From an uncultured virus (IMG/VR IMGVR_UViG_3300046798_000046) (lineage: Duplodnaviria; Heunggongvirae; Uroviricota; Caudoviricetes): 64,000 bases of DNA. The notes under the pieces were generated by a model. It worked only from the letters and a program-made list of their open reading frames with translations. It made no database searches and was not told the origin of the DNA. Location: IMG/VR virus record IMGVR_UViG_3300046798_000046. One strand, written 5' to 3'. The translations under genes were made by a program, and so were the position numbers. Of this stretch, positions 25,827 to 35,040 are shown one piece after another; position 1 is the first letter of the stretch; every line of letters starts with the position of its first letter.

Positions 25827-26237
25827 TCACGGCAGGGGCCGCAAATATACATCGACGCCTGGAGTGGGGCCGTGCCACTTCTCAATCACCAGTCGGGCGA
25901 TGAGGGCATCATCGACCAGAAAGCCGATCCGCACCATACAGTCAATCAGGAGCTTGGCCGCGTTCTCGGCATCAGGCTTGGTCGTCTTCAAGAGGCGTTG
26001 GGTAAGGAGTCGCTTGGCCGTCTTGGCCGTGTGCGGCCACGTAAAGACGAGGACCAGTTCGACCGCCCCCGCCAGCGGGACCGAGGGCCGATGTGGCGCC
26101 AGGAGCCACGAATACTCGTGCTCGGCGTTCAGGATCTTCGCCTTCTTGAAGAACCGAGGCACCCCCCCGCGTGCGTCCACGCCCTTCTGCTGTGCGGTCG
26201 TCATGGGCGGGACGCACGCGAGTTGGAACGCGATCAT
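25827..26237 (-). CDS. rusA: RusA-family Holliday junction resolvase
   Basis: KPDAENAAKLLIDCM...DDALI motif. Confidence 0.85.
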   Translation of the reverse strand: MIAFQLACVPPMTTAQQKGVDARGGVPRFFKKAKILNAEHEYSWLLAPHRPSVPLAGAVELVLVFTWPHTAKTAKRLLTQRLLKTTKPDAENAAKLLIDCMVRIGFLVDDALIARLVIEKWHGPTPGVDVYLRPLP

Positions 26238-26578
26238 CAGCCCTTGGACCGGAACGATCGGAGTTCTGTCTCCGGCAACCGTGGCTGGCGGGGGTCCCGG
26301 CGCGTCAGGACGTTGTCGTCGTCCGCGAACAGGAGGGTGGACTCAACCTCGGGCTTCGGTTCGACGACATCAACCTCGTCGTCGATGACCACCGCGCCCC
26401 CGTTCTTGGCGAGCTTGACCTTGAGCTTGAACGTCAGCTTTCCGGCCTTCCCGACGCTCCGGACGCTGGCGACCAGCTTGGTCAACGCAAGATGCAAGTC
26501 GGACTTGGCATCGCCGTCGCGCAGGTCATCAAGCAGCGAGAGAAACGCATTGCTGGGCGGATTCTCAGGGATGGGCAT
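26237..26578 (-). CDS. Conserved phage hypothetical protein
   Basis: GKAGKLTFKLKVK...F....N.L.R.DPRQ.L family pattern. Confidence 0.75.
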   Translation of the reverse strand: MPIPENPPSNAFLSLLDDLRDGDAKSDLHLALTKLVASVRSVGKAGKLTFKLKVKLAKNGGAVVIDDEVDVVEPKPEVESTLLFADDDNVLTRRDPRQPRLPETELRSFRSKG

Positions 26579-26876
26579 GAACAGGCTCCTCCTTTTTGGG
26601 TTCGACCACGACTTCCTTCTCGGCCACCTCGACCTCGACGCGGCCTGGAGACGGCAAGACCAACTGCGTCCCGAACTGCCGCAACAGGCCCTCGAATACG
26701 TCTCCGGTCGAGGGCGGGCGCTTGACTCTCTTGAAGGGACCCTTCATTTGGGCCGACTTCACTTGCTTGAGAATGGCTCGCCCAGCGTCCGTCAGTTGGG
26801 CGTTCATGGGCTTGGGGTTTTTGCCGGGGTAGGCCACGTACTGGCCTCCCGGGCGTGGTTTACGTCGTCTCGGCAT
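26565..26876 (-). CDS. Basic hypothetical protein (possible DNA-binding)
   Basis: 103 aa, GAGGAG SD. Confidence 0.6.
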   Translation of the reverse strand: MPRRRKPRPGGQYVAYPGKNPKPMNAQLTDAGRAILKQVKSAQMKGPFKRVKRPPSTGDVFEGLLRQFGTQLVLPSPGRVEVEVAEKEVVVEPKKEEPVHAHP

Positions 26877-26889
26877 GTCGGAACTCTCC

Positions 26890-27174
26890 TCAGTCGCTGG
26901 AATCGTAGTTGTCGGTCAGGGCCTCCAAGACCCCGTCCGCATTGATATGGAGCATGGCCGTACCGAACCGGGCCTTGTAGTCGATCGGCATGTTCGTCTC
27001 GACGCGCCAGTGTGGGCGCCCGTAGAGGCCGACGTAGTCCAGCCCGCGCAACCGGCGGGCCTCTTCTTCGTGGAGTTCGGCCAGGGCTTCGTTGAGTGGC
27101 TTGCCCAGGAAGTCGGCAGGATGGTAAAAGCCCTGCTCGAAGACCAAAAAATGATTGTTCGTGGGATCGGCCAT
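26890..27174 (-). CDS. Hypothetical protein (leaderless)
   Basis: ATG 6 nt after TATAGT. Confidence 0.65.
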   Translation of the reverse strand: MADPTNNHFLVFEQGFYHPADFLGKPLNEALAELHEEEARRLRGLDYVGLYGRPHWRVETNMPIDYKARFGTAMLHINADGVLEALTDNYDSSD

Positions 27175-27205
27175 GTTCTGACTATACTATATTATAGTCG
27201 AAATT
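27175..27205. promoter_or_regulatory. Back-to-back divergent leaderless promoters
   Basis: GACTATA-ctatat-TATAGTC inverted repeat gives TATAGT on each strand, 6 and 7 nt from the ATGs at 27174 and 27206. Confidence 0.75.
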
Positions 27206-27442
27206 ATGGATGTTCCTGTTGATACCTCAGAGGCGGTGCGGCTCCAGGCGTTGGCGGTAGCCTTTTCCGGGAACACCACGGCCTCGTACATGCTCTACCG
27301 CTACGCGATGCTGCTGGACATCGGCGTGACGCCTCCGACGGTGCGCGATGACCTCTGCGTGGCGTGCGGCCAGCCGATCGCCGCGCACTTTGACGACAAC
27401 AACCAGAAGCGGTCCTGCGACTGGGCAGCCTGGAAGCCGTGA
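27206..27442 (+). CDS. Small Cys/His-containing protein
   Basis: CVACG...H...C; GTGA overlap with the methyltransferase. Confidence 0.6.
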   Translation: MDVPVDTSEAVRLQALAVAFSGNTTASYMLYRYAMLLDIGVTPPTVRDDLCVACGQPIAAHFDDNNQKRSCDWAAWKP

Positions 27443-28407
27443 GCCTGATCCGCGCCGACGCCCGTGCGCTGCCGATCGCCGCTGGCGTCGTGCATTGCTG
27501 TGTCACGAGTCCCCCCTACTTCGGGCTGCGCGACTACGGCGTGGCTGGACAGATCGGCCTCGAAGACTCCCCTGCCGCCTACGTCGCGTCCCTCGTGGCG
27601 GTGTTCCGCGAAGTGTGGCGCGTGCTGCGTGAGGACGGGACGTGCTGGGTGAATCTCGGTGACTCGTATGCCACCAGCCCACCAGGGAACAAAGGGAATG
27701 GTCAATTCAGCAAAAGCGGATTGAACGGAGCACAGACGAGCGCGAGTTATCTGAAGCGGTTGGAAAGCGGCAGCGGGATGAAACGCAACACTATCGTTGG
27801 CGACCTGAAGCCGAAAGACCTCATCGGCATTCCCTGGCGGGTGGCCTTCGCGCTCCAGGCTGACGGATGGTATCTGCGAAGCGACATCATCTGGGCCAAG
27901 CCCAACCCCATGCCCGAGTCGGTCACCGATCGGCCCACGAAAGCACACGAGTACGTGTTTCTGCTCACAAAGGCCGAGCGGTACTGGTATGACGCCGCCA
28001 CCATTCGCGAGCCGAACACGCTGGACATGCAGGATCGGGCGGCACGGGGGCACACCCGAGAGCCACGCGGCAAGCTCGATGGGAGTCGGCAGGATGCGAC
28101 GACATTGCGCGGAGTAGCGGCGATGGCGATCGAGGCAGGCGGGCGCAACAAACGGAGCGTGTGGACGATCCCGACGCAGAGCTACACCGGGGCGCACTTC
28201 GCGACGATGCCTGAAGCGTTGATCGAACCGTGCATTCTGGCTGGCTGTCCGCTTGGGGGCCTCGTGCTTGACCCATTTCTTGGTTCGGGCACGGTGGGCG
28301 CTGTCGCGTCACGCCTCGGTCGCCGCTGGGTCGGCACGGACTTGACCTATCAGACACTTTCCGCCGAGCGTACCGCCCAACGCGGGCTGATCTTTACTGC
28401 GCTGTGA
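27439..28407 (+). CDS. Orphan DNA methyltransferase (N4-C/N6-A, beta class)
   Basis: TSPPY catalytic motif precedes VLDPFLGSGT SAM-binding motif; HFATMP. Confidence 0.92.
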   Translation: MSLIRADARALPIAAGVVHCCVTSPPYFGLRDYGVAGQIGLEDSPAAYVASLVAVFREVWRVLREDGTCWVNLGDSYATSPPGNKGNGQFSKSGLNGAQTSASYLKRLESGSGMKRNTIVGDLKPKDLIGIPWRVAFALQADGWYLRSDIIWAKPNPMPESVTDRPTKAHEYVFLLTKAERYWYDAATIREPNTLDMQDRAARGHTREPRGKLDGSRQDATTLRGVAAMAIEAGGRNKRSVWTIPTQSYTGAHFATMPEALIEPCILAGCPLGGLVLDPFLGSGTVGAVASRLGRRWVGTDLTYQTLSAERTAQRGLIFTAL

Positions 28408-28730
28408 GCTACCTGACCGAGGGCGATGAGGCCGCATACCATACGGTGCGGCGGGGCGGGCCGATGCGGGTCTTGATCCTGGAGATCGAGGGCCAGTACG
28501 CCTTCGTCGAGGTCGAGTGGTTGCCCACGCCGCACCGGACGCGCCGGGTCGTGCCGATGTACACGCTCTCCCCCTGGACCTACCAGGACGACGAGTATTG
28601 GCACAGTGTCCGCGAGCGGCAACGTGAAGAGAAGGCCCGGGAAGCCGAGTACCTGAAGCGCATGGCGGCGCTGGATGCGAAGAAACCCAAGTCTGCCGAT
28701 CTGGTCGGCCAGGGGTCGCTGTTTGGCTGA
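28404..28730 (+). CDS. Hypothetical protein
   Basis: 108 aa, GTGA overlap. Confidence 0.6.
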   Translation: MSYLTEGDEAAYHTVRRGGPMRVLILEIEGQYAFVEVEWLPTPHRTRRVVPMYTLSPWTYQDDEYWHSVRERQREEKAREAEYLKRMAALDAKKPKSADLVGQGSLFG

Positions 28731-29166
28731 GACGCCCACGTTCTACGGCATCGTCAAGAACGGCATTTTCCGGGCTGACCGACCCGCTGAACTCAAGAGC
28801 CGACTGACCGGCCTGGAGGGGCAGCGCGTCCAAGTCACGATGCAGAAGCGTGGGGCCAAAGTCTCCCTGCCCCAGTCGAGATACTGGTTCGGGGTCGTCA
28901 TCCCGCTGCTGGCCGAGCACTTCGGCTACGACATGGACGAGCGCAAGGCGCTGCACTACCAGTTGATGGCGATGTGTTTCGGGACGCGCACCGAGACCCG
29001 CCTCGGCGTCGAGATGGAAGTCGTCAACGTCGAGAGCATGACCAAGCTCAGTACGGCGGATTTCGAGAAGCTGGCCGACTGGACCCGCCGCTGGGCCGCG
29101 AAGGAGCACAGCGTCTACGTGCCGGAACCGAACGAAGCCCCTACATCAGTGGACGACTACGCATGA
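28723..29166 (+). CDS. NinB/Orf-like recombination mediator
   Basis: SLPQSRYWFGVV...H...SMTKLST.DF......RWA......PEP; TTG start inferred. Confidence 0.7.
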   Translation: MAETPTFYGIVKNGIFRADRPAELKSRLTGLEGQRVQVTMQKRGAKVSLPQSRYWFGVVIPLLAEHFGYDMDERKALHYQLMAMCFGTRTETRLGVEMEVVNVESMTKLSTADFEKLADWTRRWAAKEHSVYVPEPNEAPTSVDDYA

Positions 29167-29633
29167 CGCGCCGCAAGAAGCCCCGGACACCCTCGGCCTC
29201 GTCCTGGGAGGGATTGGCGTTTCCCAAGGGACCGACCCGTGCCACGCAGAAAATCGACCGCCGGGCCGCCGAGGTCGCCCGCATCAAGGCCGTCCGCGCC
29301 GAGGTCTGGCGACGGAGCAACCACTGCGAGCGGTGCCTGGATACCCGGGATCGCGCCCGCCATGAACTGCACGAGGCGTACTCACGGGCCAAGACGCGGA
29401 AGATGCCGCCCAGCGACCGTTTTGACGCTCGATGGTGCCTGAGACTGTGCCGAAATTGCCATCAAGTCGTGACCGCCGGAGAGGTGCAGGTCCGCTTCTG
29501 GTCGTGCGCTCAGGGCGCGAATGGCCCCGTCGTCTGGATTCCCAGCACCGAGGCGACGACGAGCGTGCTGTATACGGCGGAAGACGTGTGGCGAAGCGGG
29601 GCGTACAAAACGATTGGGCCGGTCGATCTGTGA
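29163..29633 (+). CDS. HNH-like nuclease (NinG-like position)
   Basis: CERC...HELHE...LCRNCH; ATGA overlap. Confidence 0.6.
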   Translation: MTRRKKPRTPSASSWEGLAFPKGPTRATQKIDRRAAEVARIKAVRAEVWRRSNHCERCLDTRDRARHELHEAYSRAKTRKMPPSDRFDARWCLRLCRNCHQVVTAGEVQVRFWSCAQGANGPVVWIPSTEATTSVLYTAEDVWRSGAYKTIGPVDL

Positions 29634-29729
29634 AGACCAACCGGCCCAAGAGCGCCGTCACCGGGAGCCAACCAGCGAAGACAACCGCGCCATCATCTTA
29701 GCGCGTTGTAGTCGGCCCGCGCAACGTCC

Positions 29730-30044
29730 TTACTTTCGGCGGGCGTTTCTCATCGCGATCGCCGCCGCGCGTCCCGCACTGCCAGGGACCGGCGCCACTG
29801 GGGCCACCGGCGCCGACGAGTCCGGGGTCGATGAGACTGGAGGAGCCGCCGGGGCTGGTGCGGCAGGTGCGGCAGGACGCGCCTGCCCTGAACTGACGCC
29901 CATGGCGTTGCCCAACGCCGCCATGCCCGGGGCTTTGTTGACCGCCGCCTGGACCTTGTTCATGCCAGGGACCGCCCCCACCGCCTTTTCGACAGCCTTG
30001 ACGGGGGCTTTCACGGCCCCTTTGAGCGCACCCAAGAATCCCAT
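29730..30044 (-). CDS. Ala/Pro-rich hypothetical protein with amphipathic N-terminus
   Basis: MGFLGALKGAVKAPVKAVEKAVG; GGAGG SD. Confidence 0.7.
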   Translation of the reverse strand: MGFLGALKGAVKAPVKAVEKAVGAVPGMNKVQAAVNKAPGMAALGNAMGVSSGQARPAAPAAPAPAAPPVSSTPDSSAPVAPVAPVPGSAGRAAAIAMRNARRK

Positions 30045-30056
30045 GGCCCCTCCTGG

Positions 30057-30737
30057 TTACTTCTTCATCCGCCGACGCGCGGCGACCGCGAGGCCCACGA
30101 GGCCCGAGCCAAGCAACACCATGCTGCCCGGTTCCGGGACCGCCGCCTGCGTGGCGTTGATGGTGCCCGCGAGATCCGCCGTGCCGCCACGAATCGACGT
30201 GCCCTGGACCGCGAGTCCCCCCGTCAGGTTCGAGAACCCGAACGAGAAGCCCCTCGGCGGCGACAGCGTCCCGAACACGGACGACGTGCCGGTGAACGTG
30301 TCGGGCGGCTGGCTGGCCTCCAAGGTCGGGTTGCCCCCACCGAGACTGCCCTGGAGCAAGTCGGTGAAGTTCACCGTGAGCAGGTTCAGCCCCGCATGGG
30401 CACCCGTGCCGATGAAGCTGAACGACCCGGTGGTCTGCATCGAGACGCCCCCGACCGTCGAGAGCGTGCCCGGCGTGGTGTTGGCGTTGAGGGTGAACAG
30501 AAACACCTCCCCCGCCGTGTTGACGCCCGCGCAGCCTGCCGACGCGCAGAAGCTGGCATCAATCCCCACGTTCATCAGCTTGGTACCACTGATGTTCGTG
30601 GACGTGTTGGTGCCGTTCTCCGTGAACGTGAAGGGCGCGTTGAACCCGCCCGACTCGAAGAACTGGAGGATGGTGCCTGCCGAGGCGCTCGATGCCACGA
30701 TCAGACACGCGAGAAAGGCCAAAACTGTTTTTTTCAT
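30057..30737 (-). CDS. PEP-CTERM sorting-domain surface protein
   Basis: Signal peptide MKKTVLAFLACLIVASSASA; C-terminus VPEPGSMVLLGSGLVGLAVAARRRMKK. Confidence 0.92.
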   Translation of the reverse strand: MKKTVLAFLACLIVASSASAGTILQFFESGGFNAPFTFTENGTNTSTNISGTKLMNVGIDASFCASAGCAGVNTAGEVFLFTLNANTTPGTLSTVGGVSMQTTGSFSFIGTGAHAGLNLLTVNFTDLLQGSLGGGNPTLEASQPPDTFTGTSSVFGTLSPPRGFSFGFSNLTGGLAVQGTSIRGGTADLAGTINATQAAVPEPGSMVLLGSGLVGLAVAARRRMKK

Positions 30738-30784
30738 ACGCTGAGTGCTCCCTGTTGATGGTTGAGGTTTCCCTATCCGGCCCC

Positions 30785-31000
30785 TTAGCCGGGTAGGGTC
30801 TTGCATGTGGGCCGATCCTTCGTGACGCCGTAGAAACGAGGGTTACCGTCTGTAACCTCCACGAACGCCCCGACCTTCCAGCCGCGTGGCGCCGGTTGTC
30901 CTTCAGGCCACGCTGCCTTACTATAGTCGGAAATCACCGCCCTGCAAAGTCGGCACCGCTGAATCATTTTCCGGCTCAGGCGTCCGGCGAGATGCACCAT
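30785..31000 (-). CDS. Small hypothetical protein (CRLC)
   Basis: Start MVHLAG fills intergenic gap. Confidence 0.5.
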   Translation of the reverse strand: MVHLAGRLSRKMIQRCRLCRAVISDYSKAAWPEGQPAPRGWKVGAFVEVTDGNPRFYGVTKDRPTCKTLPG

Positions 31001-31002
31001 CG

Positions 31003-31200
31003 TCACCAGAGGCCCACCATCCGCAAGAGCATCAGGACGATGAGCAGAACGACCACCACCGTCAGGAGCGTCTTGATGGGCGGGGCCATCGGGACGTAGG
31101 TGTTCACGAGCCAGAGACAGACGCCGAGCACCACAATCACGACGAGCAGTTGAATCACGCTGCGACTGATGAGCGCCTGATGCGCGAGCACGAGTTCCAT
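31003..31200 (-). CDS. Two-TM small membrane protein (Thivi_2564-like; candidate holin)
   Basis: LLVVIVVLGVCLWLVNTYVPMAPPIKTLL...LLRMVG; GGAGG SD. Confidence 0.7.
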   Translation of the reverse strand: MELVLAHQALISRSVIQLLVVIVVLGVCLWLVNTYVPMAPPIKTLLTVVVVLLIVLMLLRMVGLW

Positions 31201-31211
31201 GTGACCTCCTG

Positions 31212-32198
31212 TTAGAGCGGGACGCCGTTCCCGAATAGCTCGAATCCGAACGTCCTGGCCCGGTGCGAGACCTCTTGCACGAAGTCTTGCCCGAACCGGT
31301 GCCGGATGTAGTAGTACGCGGGGCACTCGTAGAACACGACCGTGGTGTCGTTCGGCCCCAGGTAGTACGGCCCGAGCGCGTGGCCGGGGTGCTCCCGCGT
31401 GCTGTTGCTCGGCTTGTCGTAGTACTTGTGGCCTGCCGCGCCCGGCATCGGCGTCCCCGTGCGGAGCAGCCGATCCGCTGACTGGATGGCGCTGTTCTCC
31501 CACAAGAGTTGGCCGTAGTCGTCAAACTGCTGCGGGTGACATTCCCGGCACTGAAACGCGAAAATTTCCACGCGGGCCGCAATAATGCGCGGGTCGGTCC
31601 AGAAGGCGTTCCCGTCCCCGCTGGGGTCGATGTAGTCCACCTGGAGATGCAGGCAGATGACCGCCGTGGGGCCGCACGCCTCGCGGAGCTTCGGGATGCA
31701 GTCGATACACGAGGGCGGGTCCGGTTCCCAGCCGTAGCGCCAGTAGCACCACTCGGTCAGGTCCTCTCCCGCCGCACGAATCTCAGCCATGAGCGCCACG
31801 CCGTGCTCCATGAACCACCGCGTGTCGGCGTTTGGGTCATGGAGATAGTCACCATCCCCTTGGGTGAGCACACAATCCGGAATGAAACCATGATCAATCG
31901 CTTCCCAGACCATCGCGACCCAGCCCGGGATGTCGCTGCGCCAGTCCTTGCCCTCGATGGGGTAGATGTTCTCGGACGAGTGATAGAAGTACGTCACCGC
32001 GAGCGAGATGTGGGTCGCGCCCGCCTCCTTGAGCGTGCGATACCAGTCCTCCCGGCCTTCCGGCGAGAGCGACATGATGAACGGCGTGAAGATGACCCGG
32101 TTGTTGCTGTCAATCAGGTTGCAGAAGTTCCCCTGGACGTTCCGGATCTGCTCGCGGGTGGGCTTCGTTCTCCCCGGCTCGGTGTCCGGGGTCAGCGA
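31212..32198 (-). CDS. Glycoside-hydrolase-like (TIM-barrel) domain, probably reached by -1 frameshift from 32192-32674
   Basis: Open frame with no convincing start of its own; YGWEP and VFYE resemble clan GH-A acid/base and nucleophile contexts. Confidence 0.55.
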   Translation of the reverse strand, partial: SLTPDTEPGRTKPTREQIRNVQGNFCNLIDSNNRVIFTPFIMSLSPEGREDWYRTLKEAGATHISLAVTYFYHSSENIYPIEGKDWRSDIPGWVAMVWEAIDHGFIPDCVLTQGDGDYLHDPNADTRWFMEHGVALMAEIRAAGEDLTEWCYWRYGWEPDPPSCIDCIPKLREACGPTAVICLHLQVDYIDPSGDGNAFWTDPRIIAARVEIFAFQCRECHPQQFDDYGQLLWENSAIQSADRLLRTGTPMPGAAGHKYYDKPSNSTREHPGHALGPYYLGPNDTTVVFYECPAYYYIRHRFGQDFVQEVSHRARTFGFELFGNGVPL

Positions 32199-32674
32199 AA
32201 ATCCGAGCCGTCCTGGTTGACCACGCGGAACGCGGCGGTGTACCCGATGCGCCCGCCCTCGTCCGGTCCTCGGAAGAAAATCGTGTGCCCACTGAACTCG
32301 GCCTGCTGCCAGCCCGAATCCACATCGGGACTGTCTGGCGAGTACAGCATGAGAGCCTCGTGATACCGCTGCTGAAGCCACAGGACCGTGTCCACCCGCA
32401 GGTACCAGCCGCACGCGACGAAGCGCACCAGGAGGAACCGGGGGTCAGCGGACGGCTGGAGTTCCACCTCCTGCCAGGACCCGTACTGCTGATCGGGCCA
32501 GTTGAACTGGATGGTCGGGATCGCCGTGGGCGGGGCGCACAGAATCATCCCGTTGTCGGCAATCAGGTACTTGTTGCTGACGGGCAGGGTGGACTTGGAC
32601 ATCCGGGCGCGATCCTCTCCGGTCAGATAGCCCGGCGCGACGTAGGGCTTCGGGTTCAGGTGCAGGTCTCTCAT
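32192..32674 (-). CDS. Beta-trefoil/fascin-like protein (frameshift 0-frame)
   Basis: KYLIADNG..GSWQEV..GWYLRVD..GWQQAEF repeats; ends GGATTTT-CGC-TGA. Confidence 0.6.
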   Translation of the reverse strand: MRDLHLNPKPYVAPGYLTGEDRARMSKSTLPVSNKYLIADNGMILCAPPTAIPTIQFNWPDQQYGSWQEVELQPSADPRFLLVRFVACGWYLRVDTVLWLQQRYHEALMLYSPDSPDVDSGWQQAEFSGHTIFFRGPDEGGRIGYTAAFRVVNQDGSDFR

Positions 32675-32681
32675 AGATCGC

Positions 32682-32963
32682 CTAGTTCGGCAGGGTCGCG
32701 AGCAGCGCCAGGATCATGTCCAGGCCGATGGCCGCTTCCGGTTTCAGCACCGCGCCGACCACAAGCTGGCGCTCGGGCGCTTTCACGGAGGCCAGTCCAA
32801 TGACGTGCGTGACCCCAGGCGGCATCGGTGTCCCATGTGGGACGTACCACAGCTTCAATATGTACCGCTGCGCTGCTTCGTTCCCCTCAAGCCAGTCGTC
32901 CAACTTCGCCTGAACATCAATCGGTGCGGCCAAGTTCACTCCTCGTTTCCGACGTGTTGCCAC
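32682..32963 (-). CDS. Hypothetical protein
   Basis: ORF between HNH and next gene; start may be GTG near 32939. Confidence 0.55.
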   Translation of the reverse strand: MATRRKRGVNLAAPIDVQAKLDDWLEGNEAAQRYILKLWYVPHGTPMPPGVTHVIGLASVKAPERQLVVGAVLKPEAAIGLDMILALLATLPN

Positions 32964-33457
32964 GTCCGTCGATGCACGATTCCACTGATCGCTGATTCAG
33001 CTACGCCGAACTCGCGTGCGAGTTGCCTGCCATTCGCTATCGTCAACCAGCAGGCTCGAATCTCCCGCACATCGGTCGCCGTCAGTTTCGCATTTTTGTT
33101 GCGCTCGCCCCGAGCGTCCGTCCCGTGCTTGACCTTGTCTGCGGCGTTGGACTCAGCGGTGGCCCATCTGAGGTTGGTCAACCGATCGTCGGTGCTGACG
33201 CCGTTGTTGTGCGCGAGTTGGTGCTTTTGCGGCCTGGGGCCGACAAAGGCGAGCAGCACCGCAATGCCGATCTTTATCTCTCGGCCACGCAGCACCACGA
33301 CTCGATAGCCGTGGATGTTGATTTTGGCCTTGAGGACCAGCGGGACCGACCGAGCGCGGTCGGTGGCCCTGTTCTTGAACCAGAGCGACCGCACTTGCCC
33401 GTCTGTCGAGGCTTGGTACAGCCCCTCGTAGCCTGGAATGTCGCGCCACTCACTCAT
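32936..33457 (-). mobile_element. Free-standing NUMOD4-HNH homing endonuclease
   Basis: EWRDIPGYEGLYQAST.G.VRS (NUMOD4); AFVGPRP...HNNG..TD.RL.NLRWAT..N; C-terminal HTH; lower GC than flanks. Confidence 0.9.
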
Positions 33458-35040
33458 GGAAGCCCTGTAAATAGACCGGCCAACACGCTTTCCCACATGA
33501 GCAACTCGGCGCAATACGCCGCACCCGACTCCACGCCCCCGTACCACCGCCCGTGGGAGAACCACAGGTCCAAGATCACAGCGGGCCGTGAGCGCACCAT
33601 CGCACACAAGGGGTCTTGCACGTCCAGGACCTGACGCAAGCTCCCGAATTTCGTGTTGAAGGCCCGCGCAATCCCCGCCTTCCGCCCACTCTGAATCACC
33701 CGGTCCACCGATTCGGTAAACCGCGCCATTGATTGGGCGGTCGATTCCCCGGCCCGAGGATAGCACTGGACCTGCACGATCGCCTCGCGTTCGCAGGCCG
33801 CGATGAAGTCGGCGGGAATCGGCGTGCTGTCGTAGTACCGGACAATCGCCGACGACGGGTGCCCGTGGCCCTTGTGCCAGTTCCAGCACCCTTTGATCCC
33901 CGCGTTGCCCATCGAGTCATCGTTCCCACCCGACAGGAACCCGAACATCTTGTCCGGGTCGTTCCCGGTGCTCTGGAGCGAGACGAACACCTTGCGATCG
34001 ACTTGCTGGTTGCCGCCGAGGACCGTCCCGTTGACCACCGCCTCCGTGTTGCCCGGGGTCTTGAAGTTGCCGGTTCTCAAGTCGGTGGCGAAGTAGGGGC
34101 CGCAATACCCCGGTCGGCCGTAGCTGGCCTGGGGCGTGGGCTGGTAGCCGGGGAAGCTCACGATCGGCGTCGAGGGAGGGATCGTCGGATCGTCCGGATG
34201 CGGCCCCACGCCGGGATCCATGTCGGCCAGCAGAAGCCCCTGCCACGGCCCACCGTTGACGCGCTGCCGCTTGCCGGTCAGATCGATTTCGTAGTACCGG
34301 ACCTCGGTCTCGCCCTGGTTGATCCCGGTGCAGACGACGACCATCCCGTCATCGCGTGTCCCAATATCGTGGTTGAAGTCATGCGCGTCAGCCGAGAGTA
34401 CGTAGCCCTGGAGCGGGCCAACGGTCTGCCAGGGATAGATCACCAGCGCGTTGAGCGCGTTGTTCCATTGGCAGATCCAGCCTTGGGTGAACCGTGCGCC
34501 CATGCCGCCCGAGGCAGGACAGACCGGGACGGCGATGCCGTACGCGCGGAGCCGCAGCCCGGCATCGCACCAGAGGATGATGTTCTCGTACCCGATTTGA
34601 GCACTGGCGACCGCTACGCCATGCAGTTCCTGGTCGGCCCAGTACATGACATCGGCTTCATGGCTCGTAAAGAGCGCCATGCCGGTCGGCGAGCAGCTTC
34701 GCGCCACCTTCGCAGAGAGCGTGCGCCCCAGGCTATCGAAACTGAAGACCGTCGGGCGGGCCGCGAGGTAGGACACCCACACCCCGCCGCCGCCGAAGGT
34801 CGCGGACGCGGGGCGGCCATCGACCTGGAACAATTCCCCAGTCGAGATCCGGTAGCCCCAGCTTGACCACACGTCTGTGCCGTCTGGCGACCCGTTGCCG
34901 ACAACGACATCATTGGTCATCCAGGCCCAGCCGCCCGCCGCGAGACCCGCCAGACCCGGGGGAATCTGGTTGTCGATGCGGATCCGGCCCGAGCCGACGC
35001 CCGCCAAGACGTGCCGAGCGTCCGGGGACAGGACCGGCAT
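33454..35040 (-). CDS. Two-domain protein (beta-rich N-terminus, Pro linker, hydrolase-like C-terminus)
   Basis: 528 aa; PGVGPHPDDPTIPP linker; function not recognised. Confidence 0.6.
   Translation of the reverse strand: MPVLSPDARHVLAGVGSGRIRIDNQIPPGLAGLAAGGWAWMTNDVVVGNGSPDGTDVWSSWGYRISTGELFQVDGRPASATFGGGGVWVSYLAARPTVFSFDSLGRTLSAKVARSCSPTGMALFTSHEADVMYWADQELHGVAVASAQIGYENIILWCDAGLRLRAYGIAVPVCPASGGMGARFTQGWICQWNNALNALVIYPWQTVGPLQGYVLSADAHDFNHDIGTRDDGMVVVCTGINQGETEVRYYEIDLTGKRQRVNGGPWQGLLLADMDPGVGPHPDDPTIPPSTPIVSFPGYQPTPQASYGRPGYCGPYFATDLRTGNFKTPGNTEAVVNGTVLGGNQQVDRKVFVSLQSTGNDPDKMFGFLSGGNDDSMGNAGIKGCWNWHKGHGHPSSAIVRYYDSTPIPADFIAACEREAIVQVQCYPRAGESTAQSMARFTESVDRVIQSGRKAGIARAFNTKFGSLRQVLDVQDPLCAMVRSRPAVILDLWFSHGRWYGGVESGAAYCAELLMWESVLAGLFTGLP

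Noticed and set aside
30920..30934. Additional promoter at palindromic ACTATAGT
   Set aside because: Lies inside a likely coding region with no adjacent start; cannot be distinguished from chance.
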